Shown here: in pieces, positions 63,025 to 64,000 of the stretch
How the letters are laid out: every line of letters begins with the position of its first letter
How positions within the stretch are numbered: the first letter of the stretch is position 1
Assembly (NCBI GenBank): GCA_965153285.1
Contig: OZ229123.1
Strand: one strand, 5' to 3'
DNA length: 64,000 nucleotides
From: Podarcis tiliguerta
Lineage: Eukaryota
Notes under the pieces: model-generated
The model's database searches: none
What the model was told of the DNA's origin: nothing
What the model saw: only the letters and a program-made list of their open reading frames with translations
Made by a program: the position numbers and the translations under genes

Positions 63025-63702
63025 CTGCACAGGAGAGAGAGAGAGAGGTGTCAGCAGGCTGTGGCCAGAGAAACAGCAGGTGTGGGCCTTTTTTTTAACC
63101 ATCTGGGGAATGGAAGGAATTGCATACCTTCAGAAGGACATATCCCAGGAGAGGAGCTCCTTCCTCCAGCCCAGACTGTGCAACCCAAGTGCCCTCTTAT
63201 CAGCTAACCCATCATCTCCTGGCATCCTTCTGTGCCAAGAGGAAACTCCTCCCCCACCTGTAATGCACCTGGTGGCTGCAAGGGCTATGTGATTTCCACA
63301 GGACTCTGCCCAGAGCTCACTTTTTCAGAGAGGATCCTGCCCCATAGGGATGGGAATTGGGGTGAGAGAGAGAAGCAGGCAGAGCCCCTGCTGTGGGGAG
63401 GGGACATGGAGGAAGCCTGGGGTGGGGGAGAAGGCAGGCCTTGTGTCAAGAGGAGACCCCCACCCCTCCACCAAGTCCCCAACTTCTCTGCAGAATATTA
63501 GGCAGCCTGATGTCCTCCCTCCCACCGACCATGCCTTAAGGCTCCTGGCACTTGAGGCAGGACCCCCCCCCCCAAACACATACAGGAACTTTCTGACTTG
63601 GGTGATGCCCGGAGGATCCGTAAGTGCCTGTGGGTCAGTTCAAACAGCCACTCCAACACCCTCCCCTCCCCCTCCTGTCTGGTGGGTAGGAGTCGTTTGT
63701 AC

Positions 63703-63787
63703 CTTGAAGTCTCCATTGTGGATCAGGTAGAGGGGTTGGAAAAAGGGGGCCGGGCTGGGGATGAAGATGTCCAGCTTCTTCCACAAC
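63703..63787 (-). CDS. IL21R: IL21R Box1 exon (gene continues beyond window)
   Basis: gcag|(R)LWKKLDIFIPSPAPFFQPLYLIHNGDFK|gtacaa, 85 nt, phase 2-0. Confidence 0.92.
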
Positions 63788-64000
63788 CTGCCAGAGGGAA
63801 AGGAGAGCTGGAGGCCTTTTGTGGGGAGTGCCCAAACTTCATTTCACCGACTACCCACGGGAGGGACTAGGAGTATGGCCAGGCCTTGAGGCGTTGGCGG
63901 CTCAGACTTGCTGCCCAGCAACTGCCTTGTCCAAGGAACCTCATGGCTTCCCTTTCTAGGGAACTCAGCCACCCACTGCCACAAGCAAGCAAGCCCATGG

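Overview
Vertebrate nuclear DNA, most likely a squamate and probably a lacertid lizard (inferred from a Sauria-type SINE, CR1/L2 fragments and TA-flanked MITEs). Five spliced protein-coding genes lie head-to-tail on the minus strand. From right to left they are IL21R (last two exons only), an IL9R-like receptor (complete, ~482 aa), PDPK1 (complete, 14 coding exons, 553 aa), KCTD5 (complete, 6 coding exons, 260 aa) and UBE2I/UBC9 (last coding exon lies left of the window). Exon boundaries were read from splice motifs and all reading phases join correctly. Most ORF-track entries are noise. There is no CRISPR array, rRNA or true tRNA gene. Top leads: (1) a probable 59-nt KCTD5 cassette exon that swaps the C-terminus for an acidic tail and should escape NMD; (2) a Sauria SINE inserted into an IL9R coding exon, flanked by a 108-bp duplication that rebuilt the exon and left an in-frame 39-nt spare exon; (3) clustered substitutions in the PDK1 alphaB/alphaC PIF-pocket region; (4) an IL9R tail with YxxM in place of the YxxQ STAT motif; (5) tandem IL21R-IL9R. 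I cannot establish novelty without databases. Human comparisons are from recalled sequences and need checking by alignment.
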